Numbered from the whole stretch's first letter, positions 1 to 9,991 are shown. The stretch: DNA of 63,960 nucleotides, filler included, from 8 parts of 8 records of this genome joined end to end with filler, not necessarily neighbours in it, one strand, 5' to 3'. A program made the numbers and translations. The notes: generated by a model from the sequence alone, not told the origin.

Positions 1-81
1 GTGCCAAACAAAACAATCAAAAAGCCTGAGGTGCGCAACGTGAGTGAAGCGGCTCAAAGCGGTCAAGCCTGCAAGTACTTT

Positions 82-124
82 AAAAAGCAGCCAGCAGAAC
101 GTACACTGTCCTGGTGGCTGCTTT
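82..124 (-). terminator. Rho-independent terminator after the 210-782 gene
   Basis: Minus strand AAAGCAGCCA...TGGCTGCTTTTT forms a long hairpin with a U-run. Confidence 0.7.
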
Positions 125-209
125 GTTGAGTTGAATGTACAAAAGATCGCCATCTCGTACACAGTCAGAATAACTCAGTGTGTTAAGTTGTTAACTCCGT
201 TGTGTGGAT

Positions 210-782
210 TTATGAAGCGACTTCACTGTCCATTGGATCTCCATAACCAAAGACAATTTCAACCTGATTACCGTTAGCTACAACAGTATTTTGGCCATTG
301 TACGTCATCGACCACTTGTACACGTAATTATTTAACGTGCCACGCGAAGCCGGCTGGAGCTTGAATGTAGCTTTTGTTGGCTGGGCATTGTAGAAGATAT
401 CAGTTGGTTTGGGAGGGATTGGCGTTGTGTTCGGTGGTACCGGCCCAGCTAAAATGTGAGCCGTGGAATGGCTGCCAAGTAACTGACCTGGATCGCCATA
501 CGGCAGTGTTTTAGCCTGTTTGACAAGTGCCGCAATCGCAGCTGCATCAGTCGTACTGCATGCACCGACGCAGAGGCCGGCGTACTGACGTGCCGGTGGT
601 AAGGGGCTAACGTCAGGAGTGAGATTAAATGTGCAGGTTACATGCAGCTCATCACCATCGGCCCAACCGCCATTGTCTTCCGGGTTCATGGGAGACCAAA
701 TGACGTCTTCAACATTACTGCCTTTGTAGATGTTGTTACGAAAAGTGATGTTGCCTTTGGGGAGTGTTAAGGTATAAACCAC
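210..782 (-). CDS. Hypothetical 190-aa protein, no signal peptide, likely beta-rich
   Basis: GTG start with GAGG RBS, own terminator, protein-like composition; ends FGYGDPMDSEVAS. Confidence 0.75.
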   Translation of the reverse strand: MVYTLTLPKGNITFRNNIYKGSNVEDVIWSPMNPEDNGGWADGDELHVTCTFNLTPDVSPLPPARQYAGLCVGACSTTDAAAIAALVKQAKTLPYGDPGQLLGSHSTAHILAGPVPPNTTPIPPKPTDIFYNAQPTKATFKLQPASRGTLNNYVYKWSMTYNGQNTVVANGNQVEIVFGYGDPMDSEVAS

Positions 783-1166
783 GATAAACCTCTTGAAATG
801 GAAAGTAGAGAAATTTGCATGGAATGTTAAATGTCGGGCGCCGCCTTTAGCGGTTGGCTGCCCCGCTTAACATTCGGTAGCAGTTGTTGTTAAATGCTGA
901 AACAAAAGTACGGCGTGGCAGATGCTGACTCAATCCCAATGCTGCATGTGTTTTACAGTTCCAGTGGGTCTTAAATTGCTCGGCATGTTTAATGTGAGTG
1001 CTGTGAATGCGCATGGATACTGGTGTGGATGGTGGCCTGGCTGTATTGAAGTTTACAAATCAAGCAATTCCTTTTTGTTGTGATGTGAGTTGTTGGGAGT
1101 ACTACCATTGTGTAATTGTGGAGCGTGTTTAAAGGTGCTTTTTGAGCGGGTGTGAAATACTGTGGT

Positions 1167-1209
1167 AAAAAAATGCCCACTAACTGTCTGCTTGGACGGT
1201 TAATGGGCA
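1167..1209 (-). terminator. Rho-independent terminator after the 1296-1802 gene
   Basis: Minus strand TGCCCATTAAC...GTTAGTGGGCA followed by T7. Confidence 0.75.
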
Positions 1210-1295
1210 GGAGCAAGTCAGGAATGTAGGCCTGACAAGCTTTCCGGGTCTGTCTAATGTGTCACATGTTGTTCACACAACATAGCATTTATGAC

Positions 1296-1802
1296 CTATT
1301 GCGGGTCGGTTAAGTCTATGAACCCAAGGAATAGCTCCGTATTACCTTCATCACTGATTGTGTAAATGCTAATTCGGTTGGGGAAGCCCGCTTCACCTGC
1401 CACTCTTGCCTGGCCTGTAATGCCGAGTGTGAGCCACGTGCGTGTTTGCGGATATTCACCATAGAGAGTGTTAAACGCGTCGGGCGGAATGGTCGTTGTC
1501 TGGCCGATGTTTGGAATGCCAATCTGAAATGGAATGCGGTTAATCCAGGCAGTCAGCTGAACAAACGCTGAGTTTGTGTTCTCACCTGGCTGTGCGGCAA
1601 AACAATTGGACTCGTAAACCAAGCCCGAGACGTAACACCATTCGCTAGCATTGACGGGTTTTAAGCGGTAGGACTTCACCAACTGCGGGCCGTTGACAAT
1701 TACCTCCAGCAACCAGTTTTCTACTGCGGGTTTTGCCATTACATTTGCGCTGTTGGGCGTTGCGACATCGGAGGCCACGACATCATTCATTGATACATTC
1801 AT
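1296..1802 (-). CDS. Hypothetical 168-aa protein, no signal peptide
   Basis: ATG with AAGGAG RBS, own terminator; ends LGFIDLTDPQ. Confidence 0.75.
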   Translation of the reverse strand: MNVSMNDVVASDVATPNSANVMAKPAVENWLLEVIVNGPQLVKSYRLKPVNASEWCYVSGLVYESNCFAAQPGENTNSAFVQLTAWINRIPFQIGIPNIGQTTTIPPDAFNTLYGEYPQTRTWLTLGITGQARVAGEAGFPNRISIYTISDEGNTELFLGFIDLTDPQ

Positions 1803-2187
1803 AACTTACTCCTTTAGAATAACAGGAATGAGCTGCGCGGAAGGCGCATGGCTCGGTTGTTTTTCCAGCAGGAAAGTTAATTTGCCGGTGGCCCAACTGC
1901 TAAACTGATCGGCCTGCACTTTTACATTTCCAGATGCGTTTTAGTGTGGCAAAGAACTGCCTGGATTTGCAGTCGAAGTGCTGATGAATGCCGAAAAACA
2001 GCGAAAACAGCAACAAAATTACAAAGGCGAGTAAAGTCTGCCGGGAAATTCTTACATTTCTACACTGCCAAACCAGCATGAGACTATTTGTTGCTGGAAC
2101 AAAACCACTTCGTGGGAATGTCGCGGAGCTTAAAGGCACTGCAGAAGCAAGCAGCGTGCACATGTTGCCACACAAGTATGAACGATT

Positions 2188-3762
2188 GTGAGTCGAATGA
2201 AAAGTAAGCAGGATTTGGGCCGGCTGATCGAGTCAATGTCAAAAGCAGAGAAGCGCTACTTCAAGCTGCACTGCACACGCCATAAGAGTACGGCCTCCAC
2301 ACGCAATTTGCAGCTGCTGGCGCTGTTTGAGCGCAGGGGCAGCCTTAACGCTGCTGATTTAAACGATTCCGACGATGCGGCAGACCTGATAAAACATTTC
2401 TCAGTACACAAGAACAGGCTGTACAAAGCTTTGCTTAGCAGTCTGCAGGAGTTCCGTTCGGCGGACTGTGTTAAGACCGCTGCAGCCTCGATGATTCGGC
2501 AGGTGGAGTTGTTGTATGAACGCGGCCTGTTTAATCAGGCGCGTGCAATGGTTGAACGTGCGCGTGAGTTCACGGATAAACACGAGTTACTGCCACAGAA
2601 GCTGGACTTGCTGGAAGTTGAGCGTCGCATCCTCGAGAATTCAGCGGTGTCAAGCCAAATTGAAGATTTGCATGCGGCGGTTGACCGTTCGCAGACGGTG
2701 CTGCAGCAGCTGAGTAATCGCGAGGAATATGCCACAATCCGCGTACGTATGATTGCGCAGCGCAAAGCGACGATGGACAGCCGCGACGTTGACAGTCAGG
2801 GGCAGCTGGAAGACATGTATACTCTGCCGCTGCTGTGGGAGGAAGACAAAGCCTTGACGCGTGGTGCACGATTACAGATGTACCGCCTGCGCTCCGAGCT
2901 GGCCCTTAGCTGCGGTCAACGCAGGCAGGCAATGTTAGATTATCGACTTCTGATTGCACTTTGGGACAGTTCGCCGGTGCGCAATGAAGGCGAGCAGGAA
3001 CGCCACAGAGTTGATTTGATTAACTACTTAAACGCTTGTTTTGCGGCGGTGGAGTACGGTGATGTGGAAGCTACGATTAAAAAGATAAAATCCTATAAGC
3101 CGCACTCGCGCCATCAGGAAGTCAAACATTTTCAGGATGTATCACATGTAGAACTCTTGTTTTACCTGAACCTGGGTGCACTTGAAAATGGACTGCAACT
3201 CCTGAAAGACATTGACGCCGGCTTAAAGAAATATGGCGCGGATATCTCAGCTTCACGCAGGTTGACAATTCACATTAATGCTGCGCTGATCTGTTTTTTG
3301 GCGGGCGAGTTTCGCGCTGCACTGCGCTGGACGTCCGCGATTATCCAATCTGCGGGCGGTGGTTTGCGGCACGATATTCGCCGATTTACGCGCGTGTTAA
3401 ATATCGTGATTAACTACGAACTCGGTGAAATTGAGCATTGTCTTTCTCTGATGCGTTCGGCTAAACGATTTCTGGAAAAGGACGACGCGCAGGACTTTGA
3501 GTACACATTGGTTAAAGTCTTGCCGCGCATCGTTGATGCGCGTTCGCCCGCGGAGGTGCGCGCGGGATTTGAGGATTTGCACCTGGAGCTGCGCAGCCGG
3601 CGTGCGGCACTCGAAGCGGCAACGCCTGCGGGACTCGACGCTGTGTTGCTTTGGACGGCCAGCAAGGTGGAACGCAGTGATATTTTGACGGTCTACCGCG
3701 CCGCGCTTAAACAGCGTGACGCAGCCCAAAATGTTAAAAGGGAGACGGCTGCATTGCAGTAG
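2188..3762 (+). CDS. Uncharacterised alpha-helical/TPR-like protein, possible regulator
   Basis: 524-aa ORF; N-terminal LIESMSKAEKRYFKL and KNRLYKALLSSL motifs resemble a hypothetical family I recall from Bacteroidota; helical repeats follow. Confidence 0.7.
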   Translation: MSRMKSKQDLGRLIESMSKAEKRYFKLHCTRHKSTASTRNLQLLALFERRGSLNAADLNDSDDAADLIKHFSVHKNRLYKALLSSLQEFRSADCVKTAAASMIRQVELLYERGLFNQARAMVERAREFTDKHELLPQKLDLLEVERRILENSAVSSQIEDLHAAVDRSQTVLQQLSNREEYATIRVRMIAQRKATMDSRDVDSQGQLEDMYTLPLLWEEDKALTRGARLQMYRLRSELALSCGQRRQAMLDYRLLIALWDSSPVRNEGEQERHRVDLINYLNACFAAVEYGDVEATIKKIKSYKPHSRHQEVKHFQDVSHVELLFYLNLGALENGLQLLKDIDAGLKKYGADISASRRLTIHINAALICFLAGEFRAALRWTSAIIQSAGGGLRHDIRRFTRVLNIVINYELGEIEHCLSLMRSAKRFLEKDDAQDFEYTLVKVLPRIVDARSPAEVRAGFEDLHLELRSRRAALEAATPAGLDAVLLWTASKVERSDILTVYRAALKQRDAAQNVKRETAALQ

Positions 3763-3788
3763 CGCGCAGTCATCTGCATAGGGCACAA

Positions 3789-5384
3789 TTAGTTAAACTT
3801 GCTGAGCGCCTGTTTAAGGTCCGCGTCCGATTCATGTGCATGTGCTGTTTTAGCTGCAGCGAGTATCTCCGGCGTCCAATATGCCTGCCCCCAGGTTTCG
3901 AGAGTCTTGATTGCTGTTAACCGATCACTTGCGGCAGTGCTGGAGAAAGCCGCTACCACGAAATCAGCCCCCTTGCCCGGATAGCCTTCAAGCCTGAACA
4001 AAACCATGCCGAACTTGTGGTGTGTGTCGAACTCAGGCCCGTGGTCAAAAATACTTGGGGCCGGTTTAGTCAATTCTCTAAGATCGAGCTGTGCGCGCGC
4101 AAAATCAAGTAACTGATCGATGCGCTCAACATTAACAAACCTGGCCGCCAAATTCCAGGAAAGTACCGCATCCGGAGCCTCTATTAACCTGGGCCAAAAA
4201 GTGTCCCAGAGGTCAATGTTAAATCGTTCGGCTATTCCAAGGAATGGCCAAACATTACCCTCAAGTGAATCCGGGATATTCTGCTCAACATACCTGATCC
4301 AGCTTTTATCTGCCAGATAGTGCTCCAGCGTTGTTAATACTTCTGCGCAGAGTTCCTCAGTCCAGCCTTGGCCACGTAGGTGTTCCCAATTGGCTTCCTC
4401 ATTTGTCAGGAAAGTCTGCAGGGCCTGCGCCGCCAGGAATGCTTCGGCAAAATGTTTGCCGGATGTATTCAGATGTTGAACATAAAGCGCGACGGCCTGG
4501 GGGGCGTCATCGTAATTGTGAATATTGCCGGCCGGCCCGTCTTCTTCGAGCAGGGCTTTGAAAATATCACTGGCAGCTTTGAGTAATTGCAGGCTCACTT
4601 GCGGATTTTGGAGCTCGCCGTATAAGTCGCCGACAATTGCGCAGTCGAGCGCCAGATACTCGTGCATTACGTAGTTGTCGTAGCCTTCCAGCAGCAACCA
4701 CTTTTTAATCTGCGGATCATCGGTTCGCAGCAAGCGCTCAACCAGGTGAATGCGTCCCCAGCCTTTGACACCTTTGGCAAGTTCCCAGATATCCACTTCG
4801 CCATTGTCCGGATGGTTGCCGATTGCGACCGCAGCGAAGAGTGTGAATTCATCGTGTTTGCCGAGAGTCAGCAATTTTTCCTTTTCTGAATTGGAATTCA
4901 GCCTGCCGAGTAATGCAATGCCGAATTTAACGGGACCACGGTCCGGGCTTTTAAATGCCAGCCAGTGCACAAAGTCATAAAGATGCGGTTGCACTGGTGG
5001 TGATTGCTCGGAAATCCTGCGCAGCGCACTGTCGAGGAAGGCTAGTAGATTATCCTGCAGCAATAGATTGTACAACTCAATCTTTTTGGACTGATTGTCC
5101 GTCCTGGCGATAGCGCCGACCAGCTTGGTGACCTGCTGGACCAGCTCTTCTTTTTCGGACTTCTCCACGTGATGTGAAGCAATGCCGTCTCGGGCACCCG
5201 GCGCAAAACCCACACCTGAGATTTTGGGAATCCTATCGTTATCGGGAAGAGTTAACCCCACGGAATTTAGCGTGCCGTCTGCATTTTGATTCGCTGCCAG
5301 GTGCGCATAAATCGAGGGGCGACCGTACCAGGGCAGCTCTTTCGTGGAACCGCCTTTTTTGCCAAAGAGACCAAAGAGTTTCAT
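3789..5384 (-). CDS. Hypothetical HEAT/ARM-like helical protein
   Basis: 531-aa ORF; VKFGIALLG, LGKHDEFTLFAAVA and GWGRIHLVERL motifs; convergent with the previous gene. Confidence 0.65.
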   Translation of the reverse strand: MKLFGLFGKKGGSTKELPWYGRPSIYAHLAANQNADGTLNSVGLTLPDNDRIPKISGVGFAPGARDGIASHHVEKSEKEELVQQVTKLVGAIARTDNQSKKIELYNLLLQDNLLAFLDSALRRISEQSPPVQPHLYDFVHWLAFKSPDRGPVKFGIALLGRLNSNSEKEKLLTLGKHDEFTLFAAVAIGNHPDNGEVDIWELAKGVKGWGRIHLVERLLRTDDPQIKKWLLLEGYDNYVMHEYLALDCAIVGDLYGELQNPQVSLQLLKAASDIFKALLEEDGPAGNIHNYDDAPQAVALYVQHLNTSGKHFAEAFLAAQALQTFLTNEEANWEHLRGQGWTEELCAEVLTTLEHYLADKSWIRYVEQNIPDSLEGNVWPFLGIAERFNIDLWDTFWPRLIEAPDAVLSWNLAARFVNVERIDQLLDFARAQLDLRELTKPAPSIFDHGPEFDTHHKFGMVLFRLEGYPGKGADFVVAAFSSTAASDRLTAIKTLETWGQAYWTPEILAAAKTAHAHESDADLKQALSKFN

Positions 5385-5650
5385 GTTGTTTGCACTGAAT
5401 GGATCTACAAGAATTTCGCGTTGGGGGGAGCCAATATTACAAAAATTCTGGCTGAGCCGGTGTATGCTCCTGGGCGGTAATTGGGCAAGGCTGTTAATTG
5501 AGTTATCGACAGTTGGTCAGAATTCTATCGCTACAGTATGCGGTGCACAATTCCGTTGGCGAACATTGTGCCTTGCGTAAGACGCGCAAGTCCAATGATT
5601 TGCAAGGTTTGTAGCTCTGAATCTTTTTGCCTTGCTTTGAGTTTGTGAAT

Positions 5651-5750
5651 NNNNNNNNNNNNNNNNNNNNNNNNNNNNNNNNNNNNNNNNNNNNTTAATT
5701 AATTAANNNNNNNNNNNNNNNNNNNNNNNNNNNNNNNNNNNNNNNNNNNN
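5651..5750. other. Artificial contig linker (also at 11906-12005, 25255-25354, 33941-34040, 41050-41149, 49041-49140, 58373-58472)
   Basis: N-run + TTAATTAATTAA (stops in all six frames) + N-run, identical each time. Confidence 0.98.
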
Positions 5751-6071
5751 GATCAGGTCGATCCGGCTGATGTGGCTGTCGAGATTGACGCGCACCGCAG
5801 GCCAGTTCAGGCGGCTTGCCACCTGTTCGATATGGGTCGATTTGCCCGTACCGTGATAACCCTGGATCATCACGCGGCGGTTGTGGCTAAAGCCTGCAAG
5901 GATCGCCAATGTCGTATCGGGATCAAACTTGTAGGTGCTATCAAGATCCGGCACGCGGTTGGTGCGTTCGGCAAAGCCTTTCACAACCATGTCCGTATCA
6001 ATACCGAAAACCTCGCGGACGCTGATTTCTTCGGTTGGTTTGGTGTCGATATCCAGCGCGCCGTCGGCCAT
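5751..6071 (-). CDS. cobS: Cobaltochelatase subunit CobS (3'-truncated)
   Basis: SVREVFGID, Walker A GYHGTGKST, VRVNLDSHISRIDLI. Confidence 0.93.
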
Positions 6072-6187
6072 CTGTCCTGTCCTTTTCTCTGGTGCGCCCC
6101 AAAGGGCGGCTCAAGCCGGACCGTTGTTCACCATTCGTCCGATGGGTGCAAGGGTTGGGCTAATGGTTTGTCAGACTTTAAGGCCAG

Positions 6188-7855
6188 TTATTTGGTGCAA
6201 CATTGCGTCACGGCAACCTGGGCACATCCGCAGGCCGCCAAAATGGGCCGATCCGCGCGGGCATTGGCCAGATCAAGGCGCAGTTTGATATGGGGTGCCT
6301 CTTCGGTTTTTCCCTGCGCGATCAGACAGTCATACAGCCCGCGCAGCGCCCAAACGTTGTCCGGATGCACACAAGCGCGGGGCAGGCCGGGGGCAAGCCC
6401 AAGATCCTCGCGAAACACCTGTTCCGCCTCGGCATATTGCCCTTGTTCATAAAGCAATGCGCCGAGGGCATGGCGGGTGGGCTGAATCCAGCCCCAGGGT
6501 TCGTCATAGGGCAGGGCATCATCCAGCGCCACGGCCCGGCGCAGATGCGCAAAGGCGGTGTCATAGTCGCGCTTGCGATAGGTAAGCTCCCCGCGCAGCA
6601 TCGCCTCGGCCACTTCCAACAGATCCACACCGCGCACATTATGCGACAGGCGGCTTTCCGGCACACGCGCCTTGGCGGCCAGAAACACCTCAAGCTGCGC
6701 CTCGGCCTGCGGTACATTGCCAAGGGCAGAATGGGCCAGCGCCTTGGCATATTCGATAAAGGCCGTGGTCATACAATAAAGTTCGGTGTCGGCAGGCAGA
6801 TCCAGTTCCAGGATCTCGTTCCACATGCCAAAGCGGATCAGGACATGGGGCTCTTTTCCCAAGGCCGTTTCGAAATAATCGGCCATCGGGGGTGATTTGA
6901 TCTCCAACAGCTCTGGCGGGATGGTCTCTGCCATTTGCCGCACGGCCTGCATGGCTGGCTCAAACTGGCCCAGAAACATCGCGCCGTAGATCACAAAGTG
7001 ATAATTGTGCTGCCGGTAGCCGGTGTAGATGTTGAACGCGCCTTGCGCCTCGTAATACTTTAGATCCGCCTCAATCGCCTTTTCGTTCCAGCGCACGACG
7101 TTCTCATAATGCCCGCACAGCACGTCGATATGGGTGGGCATATGCACCAGATGGCCCGCGTCGGGCACCAAAGTGCGCAGGACATCCCCCGCCTTGAGCG
7201 CCTTTTCGGGGAAAGGGGACATCTCCATCAGGTGCACATAAAGATGCAGAATGCCGGGATGCGCCATGCCGCCGGGCAGGGCCATGTGCCGCTCAAGCAC
7301 CTCCTGCGCCTCTTCGGTGGCCGCGTCAAAGGCCACTGCGCCGGTTTCAAGGTTCCACATGTTCCATGGGGTCAGGTTCATCAGCGCATCGACAAAGATG
7401 GTTCCGATATCGGCGTCATCGGGAAAGGCATGATGGGCAACGCGCATGGCATCGGCAAAGTCATAGTCCCATTGGTGCATGTCCTCGGTCACGTCCCGCT
7501 GCGGATAGCGGGCGGTCAGCGCGTTGATCAGGGCCGCTTCGGGCGCTGTGACATGGGCAATCTGCGCCAAGGCGGCTTGGGTGGCGTCGTAGGCGGCGGC
7601 AAGGGCCTCGGCCCGGCCTTTGTCATCGAACAGGTCCCAAGACATGTTGTAATTTGGGCCAGCCGCATAACCATGGCCCCAAAAGGCCATGGCACATTGT
7701 GGATCTGCGGCGGCGGCTTTGATAAAGCAGGCCGCTGCCTCTTCGTGGTTGAACCCGTAGATCCAGTTGAGACCGCGATCGAACCATGTCTGCGCATCTT
7801 CCGCGCTTGTCGTCACGGTGCGGCCATAGCGGCCCAGATCATAGGGGTAGTCCAT
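6188..7855 (-). CDS. Tetratricopeptide-repeat protein
   Basis: AQTWFDRGL..YGFNHEEA, HLVHMPTHI and PYDEPWGW motifs with TPR-like helices. Confidence 0.8.
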   Translation of the reverse strand: MDYPYDLGRYGRTVTTSAEDAQTWFDRGLNWIYGFNHEEAAACFIKAAAADPQCAMAFWGHGYAAGPNYNMSWDLFDDKGRAEALAAAYDATQAALAQIAHVTAPEAALINALTARYPQRDVTEDMHQWDYDFADAMRVAHHAFPDDADIGTIFVDALMNLTPWNMWNLETGAVAFDAATEEAQEVLERHMALPGGMAHPGILHLYVHLMEMSPFPEKALKAGDVLRTLVPDAGHLVHMPTHIDVLCGHYENVVRWNEKAIEADLKYYEAQGAFNIYTGYRQHNYHFVIYGAMFLGQFEPAMQAVRQMAETIPPELLEIKSPPMADYFETALGKEPHVLIRFGMWNEILELDLPADTELYCMTTAFIEYAKALAHSALGNVPQAEAQLEVFLAAKARVPESRLSHNVRGVDLLEVAEAMLRGELTYRKRDYDTAFAHLRRAVALDDALPYDEPWGWIQPTRHALGALLYEQGQYAEAEQVFREDLGLAPGLPRACVHPDNVWALRGLYDCLIAQGKTEEAPHIKLRLDLANARADRPILAACGCAQVAVTQCCTK

Positions 7856-7986
7856 GTGCGCGGCTCCTGCTGTTTGGCGCAGGATGGCAATTGCAGTGGG
7901 ATTTGCCTAGACCCAGCAGATCAAAAAGCAAAAGGACCGCCAAAGCGATCCCTTAAGGTATTGTTGTCAAACTGCTTTTGTTCGGA

Positions 7987-8613
7987 TCAATCCTTGAAGT
8001 TCCGGCTGCCCTTGATCTGATCCCATGCCCATACAACCTCTTGCAGCTGCTCTTCCTGGGATCGGTCCCCGCCGTTCATATCGGGGTGCAGCACCTTGAT
8101 CAGCGCCTTATAGGCCTTGCGCACTTCGGGCTTGGTCCATGTGTCCTTGGCCTCAAGTATCTCGATGGCGCGGCGTTCGGTGGGCGGCAGGCGGCGACCC
8201 GCCTGTGGGCCGCGTCCGGGGTTCTGGGTGGCGTTTTTGCCCAATACCTGATGCGGATCTTCGATGCCAAGACGCGCCCATGCGCGGGCCTCGGGATCGC
8301 CCAGCGGCTTGGTCTTGCGCTCCCACACCTTGTCTTCGGACAGTTGTGCATTCATCTCGGCCTCAGTGGTGCCGTCAAAGAAGTTCCACTTGAGATTGTA
8401 TTCGCGCACGTGCTGCTGACAGAACCAGAAATAATCATCCAATACATCGGGCGCTTTGGGCGCGCGGAACTTGCCCGCCTCTTCGCAGCCCTCATGATCG
8501 CAGATCCGTGTCGATGTCTCGGACGCGCCGGACATGCCACGGCGACCGCGCGGATTTTTCTTTTTCGATGTGGACACGGACATGTCAAATCCGAACGGAT
8601 CTGGTTTGGGCAT
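7987..8613 (-). CDS. DnaJ-domain protein
   Basis: C-terminal J domain with HPD; N-terminal CDHEGC...WFCQQHVREYN. Confidence 0.9.
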   Translation of the reverse strand: MPKPDPFGFDMSVSTSKKKNPRGRRGMSGASETSTRICDHEGCEEAGKFRAPKAPDVLDDYFWFCQQHVREYNLKWNFFDGTTEAEMNAQLSEDKVWERKTKPLGDPEARAWARLGIEDPHQVLGKNATQNPGRGPQAGRRLPPTERRAIEILEAKDTWTKPEVRKAYKALIKVLHPDMNGGDRSQEEQLQEVVWAWDQIKGSRNFKD

Positions 8614-8688
8614 AGTGATAGACCTTTAAGACTCAGGCGGCAGAGTTTAGACTTTGTGCAGCGAGATTGAAGGGGCTTCGGAAAAAAA

Positions 8689-8946
8689 ATGTCGAAAACG
8701 CAAGAGATCGAAGACCGGCTGACAGCGGCCTTTCCCGGCGGCGAGGTTCTGGTGGTGGATGACAGCGAAAGCCACCGGGGTCATGCGGGGTATCAGGACG
8801 GCGGCGAGAGCCATTTCAATGTGCGCATCCGGTCGCAAGCCTTCGAGGGCAAAAACCGGTTGGCGCGGCACCGTGCGGTGCATGCTGCCCTAGGGCCGGA
8901 TCTGATTGCGCGTATTCACGCGCTGGCGCTTGATCTTGACGTTTAA
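8689..8946 (+). CDS. bolA: BolA family protein
   Basis: DDSESHRGHAG, ESHFNVRI, RHRAVH, IHALAL. Confidence 0.9.
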   Translation: MSKTQEIEDRLTAAFPGGEVLVVDDSESHRGHAGYQDGGESHFNVRIRSQAFEGKNRLARHRAVHAALGPDLIARIHALALDLDV

Positions 8947-8955
8947 GAAAGGCTC

Positions 8956-9486
8956 TTAATCATCTGATTTCGTTTTGTTTCTCGCTTTTGCAAGAACCTC
9001 AAGCGGTGACCCGATCCCGGCCACATCATCCGTGTCTTCCACGCCGTTATCCACCGGGTTATCCACAGGATTTTCTGGCTGATCCTCGGGGGCGTCTTGA
9101 GCCTCGTCCCCGGTGTTTTCGGGCGGGTCTTCCGCGGGCTTTTCCGCTTTGGAAACTTCGGCTTTTTGGGGCGTTTCGGGGGCAGGTTTCTGGGGCAATT
9201 CCACGGCCACAGGGGCCGGCAGCAGCTCGGGCTTAAAGGTTTCGGTTTGGGTTTCTAATGCGCGGCGGAACACCAAAACGTGACGCCACTCCGTTGTCGA
9301 AGAGGTGAGCCCGGAGCGTTCAACGCTCGGCAGGGTTTCTGCACGTTGATATTCCCAACCATCGCCGCCAAGTGTGTTCATCAGCGCCTGAAGCGCATTG
9401 GAAAACCGCGCCTCGGGTGTCTTGAGACCCTTGGCTTTGAGACCTTTGGTGGGGGCGGGCACAACTTTGTATTCGTAACGGGGCAT
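8956..9486 (-). CDS. DUF4177-like protein with acidic/Pro-rich tail
   Basis: YEYKVVPAP...LGGDGWEYQRAE...LVFRR. Confidence 0.75.
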   Translation of the reverse strand: MPRYEYKVVPAPTKGLKAKGLKTPEARFSNALQALMNTLGGDGWEYQRAETLPSVERSGLTSSTTEWRHVLVFRRALETQTETFKPELLPAPVAVELPQKPAPETPQKAEVSKAEKPAEDPPENTGDEAQDAPEDQPENPVDNPVDNGVEDTDDVAGIGSPLEVLAKARNKTKSDD

Positions 9487-9551
9487 ATGAACGTCTCTTT
9501 AAAATCTGGGCGCTGTCTACCTTATGGCGCGCCCAAAGGGAATGTTGCTGT

Positions 9552-9980
9552 TCAAGGGGCAAGCAAGCCGGCCAATGTGCCGCGATTGGCCGAGACCTCA
9601 GCGAGGCTGTAGGGATCCAACGCGGCAAAAAAGGCTTCCTTGGCCTGAGCCAACGGTTCGCGCAGACCGCAGGCAGATTCGATCCGGCAATGGCAGTTGG
9701 GGCCAAAACACTCCACCACTGGTTCATCCGCCTTGAGGTGACGGATGACCGCCCCGATGCTGATTTCATTTGCCGTTCTGGCCAGCGTCAGCCCCCCTGC
9801 GCGACCCCGCTCGGATTGTAAAAACCCGCCCCGAACGAGGGCTGAGGCCACCTTGGACAAGTGGTTTTCTGACAGGTCATACACCTTGGCGATGCGGGCC
9901 ACGGGCATCTTTTCGGGGTGATGCACGGCCAAAGCCATCAGGATGCGCAGTGCGTAGTCTGAGAATTTATCGAGCTGCAT
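9552..9980 (-). CDS. Rrf2-family regulator, NsrR-like
   Basis: MQLDKFSDYALRILM, SERGRAGGLTLAR, three Fe-S Cys (VECF..NCHCRIESAC); divergent from a globin gene. Confidence 0.85.
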   Translation of the reverse strand: MQLDKFSDYALRILMALAVHHPEKMPVARIAKVYDLSENHLSKVASALVRGGFLQSERGRAGGLTLARTANEISIGAVIRHLKADEPVVECFGPNCHCRIESACGLREPLAQAKEAFFAALDPYSLAEVSANRGTLAGLLAP

Positions 9981-9991
9981 GGCTTTATTTA

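Noticed and set aside
5695-5706. TTAATTAATTAA as a biological repeat
   Set aside because: Artificial linker inside N-runs.
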